From Gammaproteobacteria bacterium (GTDB taxonomy: Bacteria > Pseudomonadota > Gammaproteobacteria > Steroidobacterales > Rariloculaceae), in NCBI GenBank assembly GCA_035760685.1, contig DASTSM010000098.1, positions 1-41,778 of the forward strand: a stretch of 41,778 nucleotides of DNA, given 5' to 3'. Made by a program: the position numbers and the translations under genes. The notes below the pieces were generated by a model. It had not been told where the DNA came from. It did not search any database and was given only the letters and a program-made list of their open reading frames with translations. Positions 33,472 through 41,778 of the stretch are shown here, piece by piece; the stretch's first letter is position 1, and every line of letters starts with the position of its first letter.

Positions 33472-35970
33472 TCAGTCGGTCAAGCTCGCCTTGGCCGCCA
33501 CGTCCGTCGAAGCCACCGTCTCCTTCTCTGCCTTCGGATTCTGCTGCGTCAACTCCTTGAGGCTCTTGTCTCCGAGCTTCATGTTCTCCCGGAACGGCTG
33601 GCTGTCGACCACGGCCATGATCATCGACTCTAGGCTGTAGTCGTCCTTCGCCGACTCCCGCACGACCTTCCGCACGACCGGCTCGTCGTAGTACTCGATC
33701 CCGCGGCCGAGAGCGTACGTCATGAGCTTCTCGGCGAAATGCACGAGATACTGCTGCTTGTACTTGAGCAGCCAATTGCGCAGGTCGACGGCGCCGTTCA
33801 CGGTCTGGCCGTCGTACATGACGACCTTGGTGTCGATCGGATTGCCGTGATCCGTCGTGCGCTCCTTGCCGATCGCGTCGAACGCCTCGAGCACGAAGCC
33901 GAACGGCTCCATCATCGAATGGCACGAGGCGCAGACGGGATTCTGATGGTGCATCTCCATCTGCTCGCGCATCGTCGGCGTGTGCGCGTTGCCGGCCGCG
34001 TCGCTCTCCTGCGTCTTCAGCGCCGGAACGTTGGGCGGAGGATCGGGCGGCGGCACGCCGATGAGCTCGGCCATGACCCACTTGCCGCGCTGCACGGGCG
34101 AGGTTCGCCCGGGCTGCGAGGTCGCCGTCAGGATCGCGCCCTTGCCGAGCAGGCCGCGCCGGTCGTCGAACTGGTCGCCGAGCTTGATGCGCCTGAATTG
34201 GCTGCCCTGGACGCCGGGGATGCCGTAGTGCTTCGCGAGCCTGTCGTTCACGAACGTGTAATCGGCGTCGAGCAGGTCGACGACGCTGCGGCCCTCGCGC
34301 AGCACGCTGTCGAAGAAGAGATCCGCCTCCTCGACGAACGCCTGGCGCAGGTTGTCGTCGAAGTCGGGGAAGTCGGCGACGACCGGCTCGTGGCCTTGCA
34401 GCGACCGCAGATCCAGCCACTGACCCGCGAAGTTCTTCGTGAACTCGAACGACTTCGGGTCCTGGATCATGCGGCGGACCTGCTTCTCGAGCACCTTCGG
34501 GTCGCTGAGCTTGTTCTGCTCCGCGAGCGACAAGAGCTCATCGTCCGGCATGCTGCTCCAGAGGAAGAACGAGAGCCGAGAGGCGAGCTCGAGGTCGTTG
34601 ACCTGATAGAGATCGCCCGGCGCGACGTTCTCGGGCTCCTTCTCGATGCGGTAGATGAAGCGCGGATCGGCGAGCACGCGTTGCAGCGCCGCCTGGATCC
34701 CGGCGTCGAAATCGCCGCCCGCCTTGCGCGCATTCTCGTAGAAGTCCATGAGCGTCGAGACGTCCTGCTCGCTGTCGAAGCCGCGATAGGCGCGGTGCGC
34801 GAGCTTCGCGACGATCTGCTCGGCGCAGGCGCGCTCGTCGGCCGGCGTGTCGGCGCTCTTCGGGTTGCAGACGTACAAGCGGGCCTTGGCCGGCGAGTCT
34901 TCCGCACCCTTCGCGTCGAACGGCCCGTCGATGCGCACGCTGCCGACGTGCGGATAGAACGTCATGCCCGGCAAGCCGCCCGTCTCGATCGTGCTGCGCT
35001 CGAACTCGTGGTCGAGATCGAGCAGCGGCGCGTAGTTGCTCGCGAGGAACGTCACGCCGATCTTGTGCTGGCCGGCCGTGATGGGCAGCTCGAGGTCGAG
35101 CGTCTTGAGATGGCCGTTCTGCCCGCCGAAGCCGCCGAAGGCGCCGCGGTTGAGCCCGAACTCCTTGTCCCAATCGAAGACGTGGACGCGCTTGCCGTCG
35201 ACGAGGATCTCGAGCTGCTCGCCCTTGACCTCGCCGAACGGACGGAAGTTGCCCATGTTGCCGAGGTTCACGGAGTACACCTTGATCGTGTACCGTCCGT
35301 CGACCGGGAAATAGTGGTTGATGAGAATTCCGCCGCGCGTCCCGAACGGCAGGCCCTCGACGTGGTAGTTCTGCGTCGTGTCGGCCGGCACCCGGAACGT
35401 GGTCTGGGTCGGCTGCGTCACGTCGCCGAGCGCCTCGCGGCTGATGCGCCCGGCCGCGGACACATACGCTTCGAGCAGCGCGGTCGACAGGGTCAGCGTG
35501 CCCGCTTGGTTGTCGAATCCGCGGCTCGTGTCGTCCGCGGGCAGGAATTTAGAGGCGTCGAGCTCGATGCCGAGCAGGTCGCGGACGACGTTCTGGTACT
35601 CGGTGCGGTTCAGCCGATGGACGCCCGGCGGCGGCAGAATCGGCTTGTAGTTCGCATCGAGACGATCGACGAGGTAGCTCACGAGCTCGGACCGCGTCTC
35701 CCCATCCGGCCTTCGGCCGTCGCTCGGAGGCATCTGACCCGAGCGCAGCATCTTGACGACCTTCTCCCACGTCGCCGCGTCGGCGCCCACGTGGGCGAGA
35801 TCGAGGCGCTCGAGCGAGAGCCCGGCGACCTGCTCGATGTTGTTGTGGCAGTCGAGGCAATACTTGCTGATGGTCGAGCTGTTCTTTGCCACGAGCTCCT
35901 TCGGAGACGGGCTGCAGCCCGTCAGCGCGATCGCCGCAACGGCGGAGCCAAACAACACGACTCTCTTCAC
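33472..35970 (-). CDS. Haem-c lipoprotein of the DUF1587/DUF1592/DUF1595/DUF1588/DUF1585 multi-domain family
   Basis: The GTG at 35970 follows GGAGGAGGGAG, in frame inside track ORF 33472..36060. The lipoprotein signal is VKRVVLFGSAVAAIALTGC. The haem site is CLDCHNN with SGQMPP downstream. Family landmarks: LNRTEYQNVVRDLLGIELD...GFDNQA, LASRLSFFLWSSMPDDEL, FAGQWLDLRSL, DADYTFVNDRLAKHYGI, SPVQRGKWV and CASCHSMMEPFGFVLEAFDAIG. Confidence 0.9.
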   Translation of the reverse strand: MKRVVLFGSAVAAIALTGCSPSPKELVAKNSSTISKYCLDCHNNIEQVAGLSLERLDLAHVGADAATWEKVVKMLRSGQMPPSDGRRPDGETRSELVSYLVDRLDANYKPILPPPGVHRLNRTEYQNVVRDLLGIELDASKFLPADDTSRGFDNQAGTLTLSTALLEAYVSAAGRISREALGDVTQPTQTTFRVPADTTQNYHVEGLPFGTRGGILINHYFPVDGRYTIKVYSVNLGNMGNFRPFGEVKGEQLEILVDGKRVHVFDWDKEFGLNRGAFGGFGGQNGHLKTLDLELPITAGQHKIGVTFLASNYAPLLDLDHEFERSTIETGGLPGMTFYPHVGSVRIDGPFDAKGAEDSPAKARLYVCNPKSADTPADERACAEQIVAKLAHRAYRGFDSEQDVSTLMDFYENARKAGGDFDAGIQAALQRVLADPRFIYRIEKEPENVAPGDLYQVNDLELASRLSFFLWSSMPDDELLSLAEQNKLSDPKVLEKQVRRMIQDPKSFEFTKNFAGQWLDLRSLQGHEPVVADFPDFDDNLRQAFVEEADLFFDSVLREGRSVVDLLDADYTFVNDRLAKHYGIPGVQGSQFRRIKLGDQFDDRRGLLGKGAILTATSQPGRTSPVQRGKWVMAELIGVPPPDPPPNVPALKTQESDAAGNAHTPTMREQMEMHHQNPVCASCHSMMEPFGFVLEAFDAIGKERTTDHGNPIDTKVVMYDGQTVNGAVDLRNWLLKYKQQYLVHFAEKLMTYALGRGIEYYDEPVVRKVVRESAKDDYSLESMIMAVVDSQPFRENMKLGDKSLKELTQQNPKAEKETVASTDVAAKASLTD

Positions 35971-36067
35971 GCTCCCTCCTCCGTGACGCCTTCCGGTCTT
36001 GTGACTGTCGAGGCGCCGGCGTGTTCCATCCAATCGGCTCGGGAGGAATCCCAATGCCATCGACCAA

Positions 36068-36097
36068 ATGTTACCGTGTTATGCATTCCTACTCCAA
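36068..36097 (-). promoter_or_regulatory. Possible sigma70-type promoter for the six-gene operon (TTGGAG-N18-TAACAT on the minus strand)
   Basis: Hexamers found by eye in the comparatively AT-rich 247-bp region upstream of the 35970 start. There is no independent support. Confidence 0.2.
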
Positions 36098-36217
36098 GCC
36101 GACGGCGCCACGAATTTTGCAATTCGTCGGCGGGAAAAAGCCCGAGTTCACAATTCTTTACGTGCGACCCGCCGCGTCGTTGGAGGTGCAGACAGCACCC
36201 GTATCGGGAGTCCCGCT

Positions 36218-37342
36218 CTAGCGTCGCTCGGAAGCGCGGGGATAGGCGCGCGGGGCGGGTCCGATGTAGTCGGCCGTCGGCCGGATCAGGCGGTTGTCGG
36301 CCCGCTGCTCGATGACGTGCGCCGACCATCCGGACGTGCGCGCGCAGACGAAAACCGGCGTGAAGAGCGGCGTCGGAATCCCGAGGCTGCGGTAAACAAG
36401 CGCGCTGTAGAAGTCGAGGTTCGGGAAGAGGTGCTTCTCGCGCTCTATCAGCGCCTCGATCGCTTCCGCGACCGCGAAGCGCGTTTGCTCTTCCGGCGTA
36501 ACGGCGAGTTCCTTCGCAATTCTTTTGATGATCGGGCTTCTCGGATCGCCCGAGCGGTAGACTGCGTGCCCGAATCCCATGACCTTGGCCTTGCGCGCGA
36601 GCATTTCGCCGACGCCCTCCACCGCGGCTTCGGGCGTAGCGAAGCGATCGATGAGCTCCATGGCCGCCTCGTTCGCGCCGCCATGCAGCGGCCCGCGCAG
36701 CGTTCCGATCCCGGCCGTGATCGCGGAGTAGAAATCGGAAAGCGTCGCCGCGCAGACGCGAGCCGCGAACGTCGACGCGTTGAACTCGTGCTCGGCGTAG
36801 AGGATCAGCGAGACGTCGAAAGCGCGCTCCTGCTCGCGCGTCGGCGCACGTCCGTGCAGGAGCTTCAGAAAGTGCGCCGCGATGCTCGGCTCGTCGCTCT
36901 GCGTCTCGATGCGCTGCCCGGTCGCCGCGTAGTGATGCCAGTAGAGCAGGACGCCCGGCAGCGCCGCGAGCAGCCGGCGCGCGACGCGCCCCTGCTCCGC
37001 GAAGCTTCGCTCGGGCTCGAAGCAGCCGAGCGCCGAGCAGCCCGTGCGCAGCACGTCCATCGGATGAGTCTCGGCGGGGAGGCGCTCGAGGATCTCGCGC
37101 AGCGGCGGCGGCAGACCGCGCGCCGCGCGGAGCTCCGCGCGAAACGCATCGAGCTCGCGGCGCGACGGCAGCTCGCCCTCGACGAGCAGGAACGCGACTT
37201 CCTCGAACGTCGACTTATCGGCGAGCTCCGCGATCGAATACCCGCGATAAGTGAGCCCCGTGCCTTCCTTGCCGACCGTGGCGATTTTCGTGCTGCCGGC
37301 GGCGACGCCGCGGAGGCCCGCGGCGGACTTAGCTTCCGTCAT
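36218..37342 (-). CDS. prpC: 2-methylcitrate synthase
   Basis: 374 aa from the citrate-synthase family: [34 protein letters not shown] and GFGHAVY. Size and context, immediately after prpB, indicate PrpC. AAGGGAG lies 8 nt upstream of the ATG. Confidence 0.9.
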   Translation of the reverse strand: MTEAKSAAGLRGVAAGSTKIATVGKEGTGLTYRGYSIAELADKSTFEEVAFLLVEGELPSRRELDAFRAELRAARGLPPPLREILERLPAETHPMDVLRTGCSALGCFEPERSFAEQGRVARRLLAALPGVLLYWHHYAATGQRIETQSDEPSIAAHFLKLLHGRAPTREQERAFDVSLILYAEHEFNASTFAARVCAATLSDFYSAITAGIGTLRGPLHGGANEAAMELIDRFATPEAAVEGVGEMLARKAKVMGFGHAVYRSGDPRSPIIKRIAKELAVTPEEQTRFAVAEAIEALIEREKHLFPNLDFYSALVYRSLGIPTPLFTPVFVCARTSGWSAHVIEQRADNRLIRPTADYIGPAPRAYPRASERR

Positions 37343-38225
37343 TGTTTTCGCTCCCTTGCGCGAACAGCTCGTCGAGCTTGCGCTCGTACGCGTAGTAGTC
37401 GAGCACGGCGTAGAGCTCCTCGCGCGTCTGCATGGTATCGACGACGCTCGCCTGCGTGCCCTCGTCGATGATCGCGGCGTAAACCCGCTCGGCGGCCTTG
37501 CTCATGGCTCTGAACGCCGACAGCGGATAGAGGATCATCGCGACGCCCGCCTCCGCGAGCTGCTTGGCCGTGAACGAAGGCGTGACGCCGAACTCGGTCA
37601 GGTTCGCGAGCACGGGAACCGGCATCGCCTGCGTGAACGCGCGGTAGTGCCCGATCTCGCGCAGCGCCTCAGCGAAGATCATGTCGGCGCCCGCCTCCGC
37701 GTAGGCCGCACAGCGCGCGATCGCGGCGTCGAGCCCTTCGCGCGCGAACGCATCCGTGCGCGCCATGACGACGAAATCGTCGTCGCTACGGCCGTCGACG
37801 GCCGCCTTGATGCGATCGCACATCTCGCTCGCCTCGACGATCGCCTTGTTCGGACGGTGGCCGCAGCGCTTCGCCTGCGCCTGATCCTCGATGTGCATGC
37901 CCGCTGCGCCCGCGCGCACGAGCTCGCGCGCCGTTCGCGCGATGTTGAAGGCGCTGCCGAAGCCCGTATCCGCGTCGACGAGCAGCGGCAGCGGCGTCGC
38001 GCCCGTGATCCGGCGCGCGTCCTCGAGCACGTCGGCCTGAGTCGTGATGCCGAGGTCCGGCAGCCCGAAGGAAGCGTTCGCGACGCCGGCGCCGGAAAGA
38101 TAGACGGCGCGAAAGCCGGCGCGGCCGGCGAGCAGCGCGCAGTAGGCGTTGATCGTGCCGGCGATTTGCAGCGGCGGCGCGTCGTGCACCTCGCGCCTGA
38201 AGCGCCGGCCTGGGCTGTCGGTCAT
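37329..38225 (-). CDS. prpB: Methylisocitrate lyase
   Basis: The ATG at 38225 lies 8 nt after GAAGGAA, in frame inside track ORF 37329..39065. PEP-mutase/isocitrate-lyase pattern: [30 protein letters not shown] and ARTDA. It overlaps the prpC start by 14 nt. Confidence 0.9.
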   Translation of the reverse strand: MTDSPGRRFRREVHDAPPLQIAGTINAYCALLAGRAGFRAVYLSGAGVANASFGLPDLGITTQADVLEDARRITGATPLPLLVDADTGFGSAFNIARTARELVRAGAAGMHIEDQAQAKRCGHRPNKAIVEASEMCDRIKAAVDGRSDDDFVVMARTDAFAREGLDAAIARCAAYAEAGADMIFAEALREIGHYRAFTQAMPVPVLANLTEFGVTPSFTAKQLAEAGVAMILYPLSAFRAMSKAAERVYAAIIDEGTQASVVDTMQTREELYAVLDYYAYERKLDELFAQGSENNDGS

Positions 38226-38244
38226 CGCCGCCGTTCCTTCGCGC

Positions 38245-39717
38245 TCACTGCCGCGCGCCTTCGGGCATGAACAGCTCCACGAGCTCGTCGACGGGCGTCG
38301 CCTCGAGGCGCGGCAGATCGAGACACAGCGACTCGATGCGCTCGATGCGCTCTTCGCCGAAGCGCGCGGCGAGGTTGCGCCGGAACTTCTCGAGCAGCAG
38401 AGGGATGCCTTCCGCGCGGCGGCGCCGGTGCCCGAGCGGGTACTCGACCTCGACGCGCGGGGTCGCCGATCCGTCCTTGAAGAAAACCTGCACGGCGTTG
38501 CCGATCGAGCGCCTGTCCGGATCGAGGTACTCCTTCGAATAGCGCTCGTTCTCGACGACCTGCATCGCGGACCGCAGCGCATCGATACGCGGATCGGCCG
38601 CCGCCTCGTCCTCGTAGTCGTCGGCCGTGAGCCGGCCGCGCAGCAGCGCGACGGCGACCATGTATTGGAGGCAATGGTCCCGATCGGCCGCGTTGGCGAG
38701 CGGTCCCGTCTTGTCGATGATGCGCCGCGCGGCCGCTTGCGTCTCGATGACGATGCGCTCGACGTCGCCGAGCCGCGGGGCGACGTCGCCGTGCAGCGCG
38801 AAGGCGGCCTCGACGGCGGTTTGCGCGTGAAACTCCGCCGGGAACGCGATCTTGAAGAGCACGTTCTCGATGACGTAGCTGCCGAGCGGCCGAGCGAGCC
38901 GGATCTCGCGCCCGCGAAAGAGCACGGGCTCGAAGCCCCAGCCCGGCGCCGTGAGCGCCGACGGATAGCCCATCTCGCCGCGCAAAGCGAGCAGCGCGAG
39001 CCGCACGCCGCGGCTCGCGGCGTCGCCGGCCGCCCAGCTCTTGCGCGAGCCCGTGTTCGGCGCATGGCGATAGGTTCGCAGCGCTCCGCCGTCGAGCCAG
39101 GCGTTCGACACCGCGTTGACGATCTCCTCGCGCGTGCCGCCGAGCAGCCGAGCCGCGACGGCCGTGCTCGCGACGCGCACGAGCAGCACGTGATCGAGGC
39201 CGACCTCGTTGAAGGCGTTGTCGAGCGCGAGCACGCCTTGGATCTCGTGGGCGGCGATGGTCGCCGTGAGCGCTTCGCCCATGCGAAGCGGCGGCCGTCC
39301 CGCGGCGCGCCCGCTTCGCGCGAGGTAGTCGCCGACGGCGAGGATCGCGCCGAGGTTGTCCGACGGATGCCCCCATTCGGCCGCGAGCCACGTGTCGTTG
39401 AAGTCGAGCCAGCGGATCATCGCGCCGAGATTGAACGCGGCTTGGACCGGGTCGAGCTCGTAGCGCGTGCCGGGCACGCGAGCGCCGCCGCGAAGCTCCG
39501 CGCCCGGCACGATCGGACCGAGCAGGCGCGTGCAGGCCGGATAGTCGAGGGCCAGCATCGCGCAGCCGAGCGCGTCCATGAGCGTATAGCGGGCCATGCT
39601 GCGGGCCTCCGCGCTCGGGGCGGGCGGCGCGAGCACGTAGTCCGCGATGTCGGTCAACAGGGGGTCCGGCGCGGGCCGGCGCGCGTCTCGTGTGCCCCGC
39701 GCCACTGATTGGCTCAT
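38245..39717 (-). CDS. prpD: 2-methylcitrate dehydratase (MmgE/PrpD family)
   Basis: The ATG at 39717 is preferred; the track start at 39750 is TTG. Pattern: [46 protein letters not shown] and [10 protein letters not shown]. Confidence 0.9.
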   Translation of the reverse strand: MSQSVARGTRDARRPAPDPLLTDIADYVLAPPAPSAEARSMARYTLMDALGCAMLALDYPACTRLLGPIVPGAELRGGARVPGTRYELDPVQAAFNLGAMIRWLDFNDTWLAAEWGHPSDNLGAILAVGDYLARSGRAAGRPPLRMGEALTATIAAHEIQGVLALDNAFNEVGLDHVLLVRVASTAVAARLLGGTREEIVNAVSNAWLDGGALRTYRHAPNTGSRKSWAAGDAASRGVRLALLALRGEMGYPSALTAPGWGFEPVLFRGREIRLARPLGSYVIENVLFKIAFPAEFHAQTAVEAAFALHGDVAPRLGDVERIVIETQAAARRIIDKTGPLANAADRDHCLQYMVAVALLRGRLTADDYEDEAAADPRIDALRSAMQVVENERYSKEYLDPDRRSIGNAVQVFFKDGSATPRVEVEYPLGHRRRRAEGIPLLLEKFRRNLAARFGEERIERIESLCLDLPRLEATPVDELVELFMPEGARQ

Positions 39718-39948
39718 GCAGCGTCTCGCTGTCGTCGTCGCTCCGGCCAATATACCGCAGCGGCGCGCCTTCGCCGTCCATGGTGCAGCCCGGCCTTTCG
39801 GGCCGCGGCGGGGTTGCCGCGGCGTTTCTGTGATCCAGTTTCAGGAAAGCGCGGGCCCGGAGGACGCAGACTAGCGCTCGGTCCGGTGGGCCGGCGGAAC
39901 CGCAGAGAAGCGATCCCGCGCATGCATGCCGCCGGCGTCGAGGGGTCG

Positions 39949-40965
39949 ATGTATCAGCAACATTTCGATTTGGCGAAGGCGCTCTTCGGAAGCCCGATCG
40001 CGGGCGACGGCAGCGTCTTCTTGAGCGCGCGGCTGCGCGCGGTCGTGGACAACATCGAGATCGCGTCGAGCACGCGCGATTCGGCGCTCGTGCTCCACGG
40101 CCCGGCGGGCCTCGGCAAGACGACGATCGCCGCCCACGCGCTGCGCAATGCCGGCACGCGGCTCGCGATCGGATGGCTCGGCGACGCGGCGCAGACGGGC
40201 ACCGAGGTGCTCGACCTGCTGCTCGGCGAGTTCGGCTTCGACGTGCACGGCCAAAGCCGCGGCGAGAGGCTCCAATCGTGGCGGCAGTATCTGCGCGAGC
40301 TCGGCGCGACCGACACGCGCGCCTACATCGCGGTCGAGAGCGCACATGAGCTCCCCGTCGCGGCGCTCCAAGCGCTCGATACGTTGACGCGGCCGGACCC
40401 GAACGGAGGACCCGGTGCGAACCTCGTGCTCATGGGACCGACGCGGCTCTGCGGGTTGCTCGACGAGCCGGCGCTCCAGCACCTCAAGCAGCGGGTTCGG
40501 CTGCGGCAGCGCTTCGCGCCTTTCGAGCAGGCGGAAACCGAGGCCTATCTCGTGCACCAGATCATGGCCGCGGGCGGCAACTATGACGCCGTCTTCCGGC
40601 CCGGCGCGGCCGGTGCCGTGCACGCTTTTTCGGCCGGCGTTCCCCGCATCATCAACAATCTCTGCGAGACGGTCCTCGCCGTCGCGGCTCGTCGGAAGAT
40701 TCCCGCCGTAACGGCGGAGCTCGTCGAGGCGACGGCCGTCGGCCTCTGCGGTCTGTCGCCGCCGGCCGCGGACGCTCACGTGGCCCACGAGCGCGCCGTC
40801 GATGCGCTGTTGTCGGATGCGGACGGAGACACGGACGAAGACGCGGCTGCGCTTACGCTCGAGTCCGCCGCACGCGAGGAGATTCCGACGCTCACGGAGT
40901 CGGTCGAGATCGACATCGACAGCGGCGCCTACGAGCTCGTGGTCGAGGCCGCCGCGAGCGCTTAG
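39949..40965 (+). CDS. ExeA/GspA-like AAA ATPase with acidic C-terminal tail
   Basis: The ATG at 39949 lies in frame inside track ORF 39709..40965. Features: MYQQHFDL, Walker A GPAGLGKTT, LVLMGP..L, F...E...Y and GVPRIINNLCE. The C-terminus is LLSDADGDTDEDAAALTLE. No peptidoglycan-binding or TM region is visible. Confidence 0.8.
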   Translation: MYQQHFDLAKALFGSPIAGDGSVFLSARLRAVVDNIEIASSTRDSALVLHGPAGLGKTTIAAHALRNAGTRLAIGWLGDAAQTGTEVLDLLLGEFGFDVHGQSRGERLQSWRQYLRELGATDTRAYIAVESAHELPVAALQALDTLTRPDPNGGPGANLVLMGPTRLCGLLDEPALQHLKQRVRLRQRFAPFEQAETEAYLVHQIMAAGGNYDAVFRPGAAGAVHAFSAGVPRIINNLCETVLAVAARRKIPAVTAELVEATAVGLCGLSPPAADAHVAHERAVDALLSDADGDTDEDAAALTLESAAREEIPTLTESVEIDIDSGAYELVVEAAASA

Positions 40966-40992
40966 TGCCCCGGGGCGCGAGGCGCCTCGTCG

Positions 40993-41418
40993 TCAGTTGC
41001 CGACCGTGAAGCCCGCGCGCTGCACGCCGTGCGCGCAGACGGCCTCGTCCTCGTCCCCCGTACCGCCGCTCGCGCCCGCGGCTCCGAGCACGGTGCCGTC
41101 CGAGTCCCGAATCAGCACGGCGCCCGGTTGCGGAAGGAACTTGCCCTGCGCGGTGGCAGCCAGCGCCACGAAGAAGTTCGGGTTGTCCTTCGCGCGCTGT
41201 GCGACGGCCCTGCTCGAGGTACCCATCCCGACGGCGGCCCACGCCTTGCCTCGCGCTACGTCGAATCGGAACATGCTCGCGCCGTCTTGGCGCTGCATGG
41301 CCTTGAGGTTGCCGCCGGCGTCGAGCACGACGACGGCGAGCGGCGGCACCTTCATCTCCTTCGCCTTCGCGAACGCTTCGGCGATGATCGTGTTGGCCCG
41401 CTCCAGAGTCAGCTCCAT
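40993..41418 (-). CDS. GlcG/HbpS-like (DUF336) haem-degrading/haem-binding family protein
   Basis: The ATG at 41418 follows GGGAGGAAAC, in frame inside track ORF 40993..41754. Sequence landmarks: MELTLERANTIIAEAFAKAKEMKVPPLAVVVLDAGGNLKA..RQDGA......A..KA.....G, and the C-terminal AAGASGGTGDEDE. Confidence 0.8.
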   Translation of the reverse strand: MELTLERANTIIAEAFAKAKEMKVPPLAVVVLDAGGNLKAMQRQDGASMFRFDVARGKAWAAVGMGTSSRAVAQRAKDNPNFFVALAATAQGKFLPQPGAVLIRDSDGTVLGAAGASGGTGDEDEAVCAHGVQRAGFTVGN

Positions 41419-41596
41419 GTTTCCTCCCGAGTCGTCACGGCGGCTCGCAGCATAAACGGCCGGACGCGGGCGAGCCACCGACGCGCTGGCGGCCGACCCT
41501 CGGGCGCGCCTACCATGTTCGCTCCCCGTCCCGCGCACTCGAGTATTCGGACGCTTCGGCGCGGGGACTCTCCTCGATTCGATTCGCGGCGGGCGC

Positions 41597-41778
41597 TTGG
41601 AGCACAGGTACAGAGTTTTTGTCGTCTGCGTAATCGGCATCTTCGTGACCGTGTTCGACACGAGCTCGTCGATCGTCGCGCTGCCGACCATCGCGCTCGA
41701 GTTCGGCACGGACCTGCCGACCGCGCAGTGGGTCGTCATCGGCAACAATCTCACGATCGCGGCCTTGCTCGTGCCGGT
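41597..41778 (+). CDS. MFS transporter, DHA2/EmrB-like (N-terminal fragment; continues beyond window)
   Basis: My translation of the frame containing 41639 reads ..VFVVCVIGIFVTVFDTSSSIVALPTIALEFGTDLPTAQWVVIGNNLTIAALLVP. This matches TM1 and the loop signature of drug:H+ antiporter MFS proteins. The TTG at 41597 is only a tentative start. Confidence 0.6.
   Translation, partial: MEHRYRVFVVCVIGIFVTVFDTSSSIVALPTIALEFGTDLPTAQWVVIGNNLTIAALLVP

Noticed and set aside
33739-36315. 858-aa plus-strand ORF
   Set aside because: It is antisense to the DUF1592-type gene, which has many family landmarks.
38149-40345. 519-aa plus-strand ORF (38149..39708) and 707-aa minus-strand ORF (38222..40345)
   Set aside because: They lie antisense to, or out of frame with, prpD and the ExeA-like gene. 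The products are extremely Arg-rich shadow ORFs.
40976-40990. Short perfect palindrome CGAGGCGCCTCG between the convergent ExeA-like and GlcG-like genes
   Set aside because: It has no loop and no U-tract, and it is too short to call a terminator or operator with any confidence.
1-41778. Searched for mobile elements, integrases, tRNA/rRNA genes, CRISPR repeats, toxin-antitoxin pairs and known phage-defence genes
   Set aside because: None were recognised on either strand. The only repeats found are the three short arrays reported as features.

Overview
The window is a densely coding, high-GC segment that looks like proteobacterial chromosome. All homology calls below come from motif recognition by eye, not from database searches. 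I found no rRNA, tRNA, CRISPR array, transposase or integrase. I support 33 CDS, two of them partial at the window edges, plus a few terminators and repeats.

Gene blocks, left to right:
1. A CHASE2 sensor gene (partial) sits head-to-head with a roughly 1,120-aa secreted FecR + TPR + beta-barrel-like protein. A MarR regulator and a GAF-GGDEF cyclase follow.
2. An uptake/oxidation locus: a secreted unknown protein, a DUF6152-like protein, a TonB-dependent receptor, a SnoaL-like protein, a CrtI-type flavoprotein and a small tail-anchored ORF.
3. A REC-GGDEF-EAL gene translationally coupled to an HDOD gene.
4. A PQQ cluster: an SBP-like protein, a Tat-signal unknown, a PVA-dehydrogenase-like quinohaemoprotein and a fused DUF6152-partner protein. 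A PQQ alcohol dehydrogenase is transcribed divergently from it.
5. A DesA-like desaturase.
6. ligJ and a ligK-like gene, convergent with a divergent LigB-type dioxygenase.
7. A six-gene minus-strand operon encoding a DUF1587/1592/1595/1588/1585-type haem lipoprotein, a DUF1552 Tat protein, a secreted ankyrin protein, a CcoP-like dihaem cytochrome c and two paralogous membrane proteins.
8. prpD-prpB-prpC.
9. An orphan ExeA-like ATPase, a GlcG-like protein and the start of an MFS transporter.

Best candidates for undescribed biology:
- The six-gene DUF1592/DUF1552 periplasmic redox operon.
- The DUF6152 + partner module, present once as two genes and once as a fusion, each time in an uptake/oxidation locus (TonB-dependent receptor in one, PQQ dehydrogenases in the other).
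- The CHASE2 / FecR-TPR-barrel pair.
- Two unusual repeat structures: a GATC-rich 22-bp tandem array, and a tandemly duplicated gene 3' end carrying palindromes.
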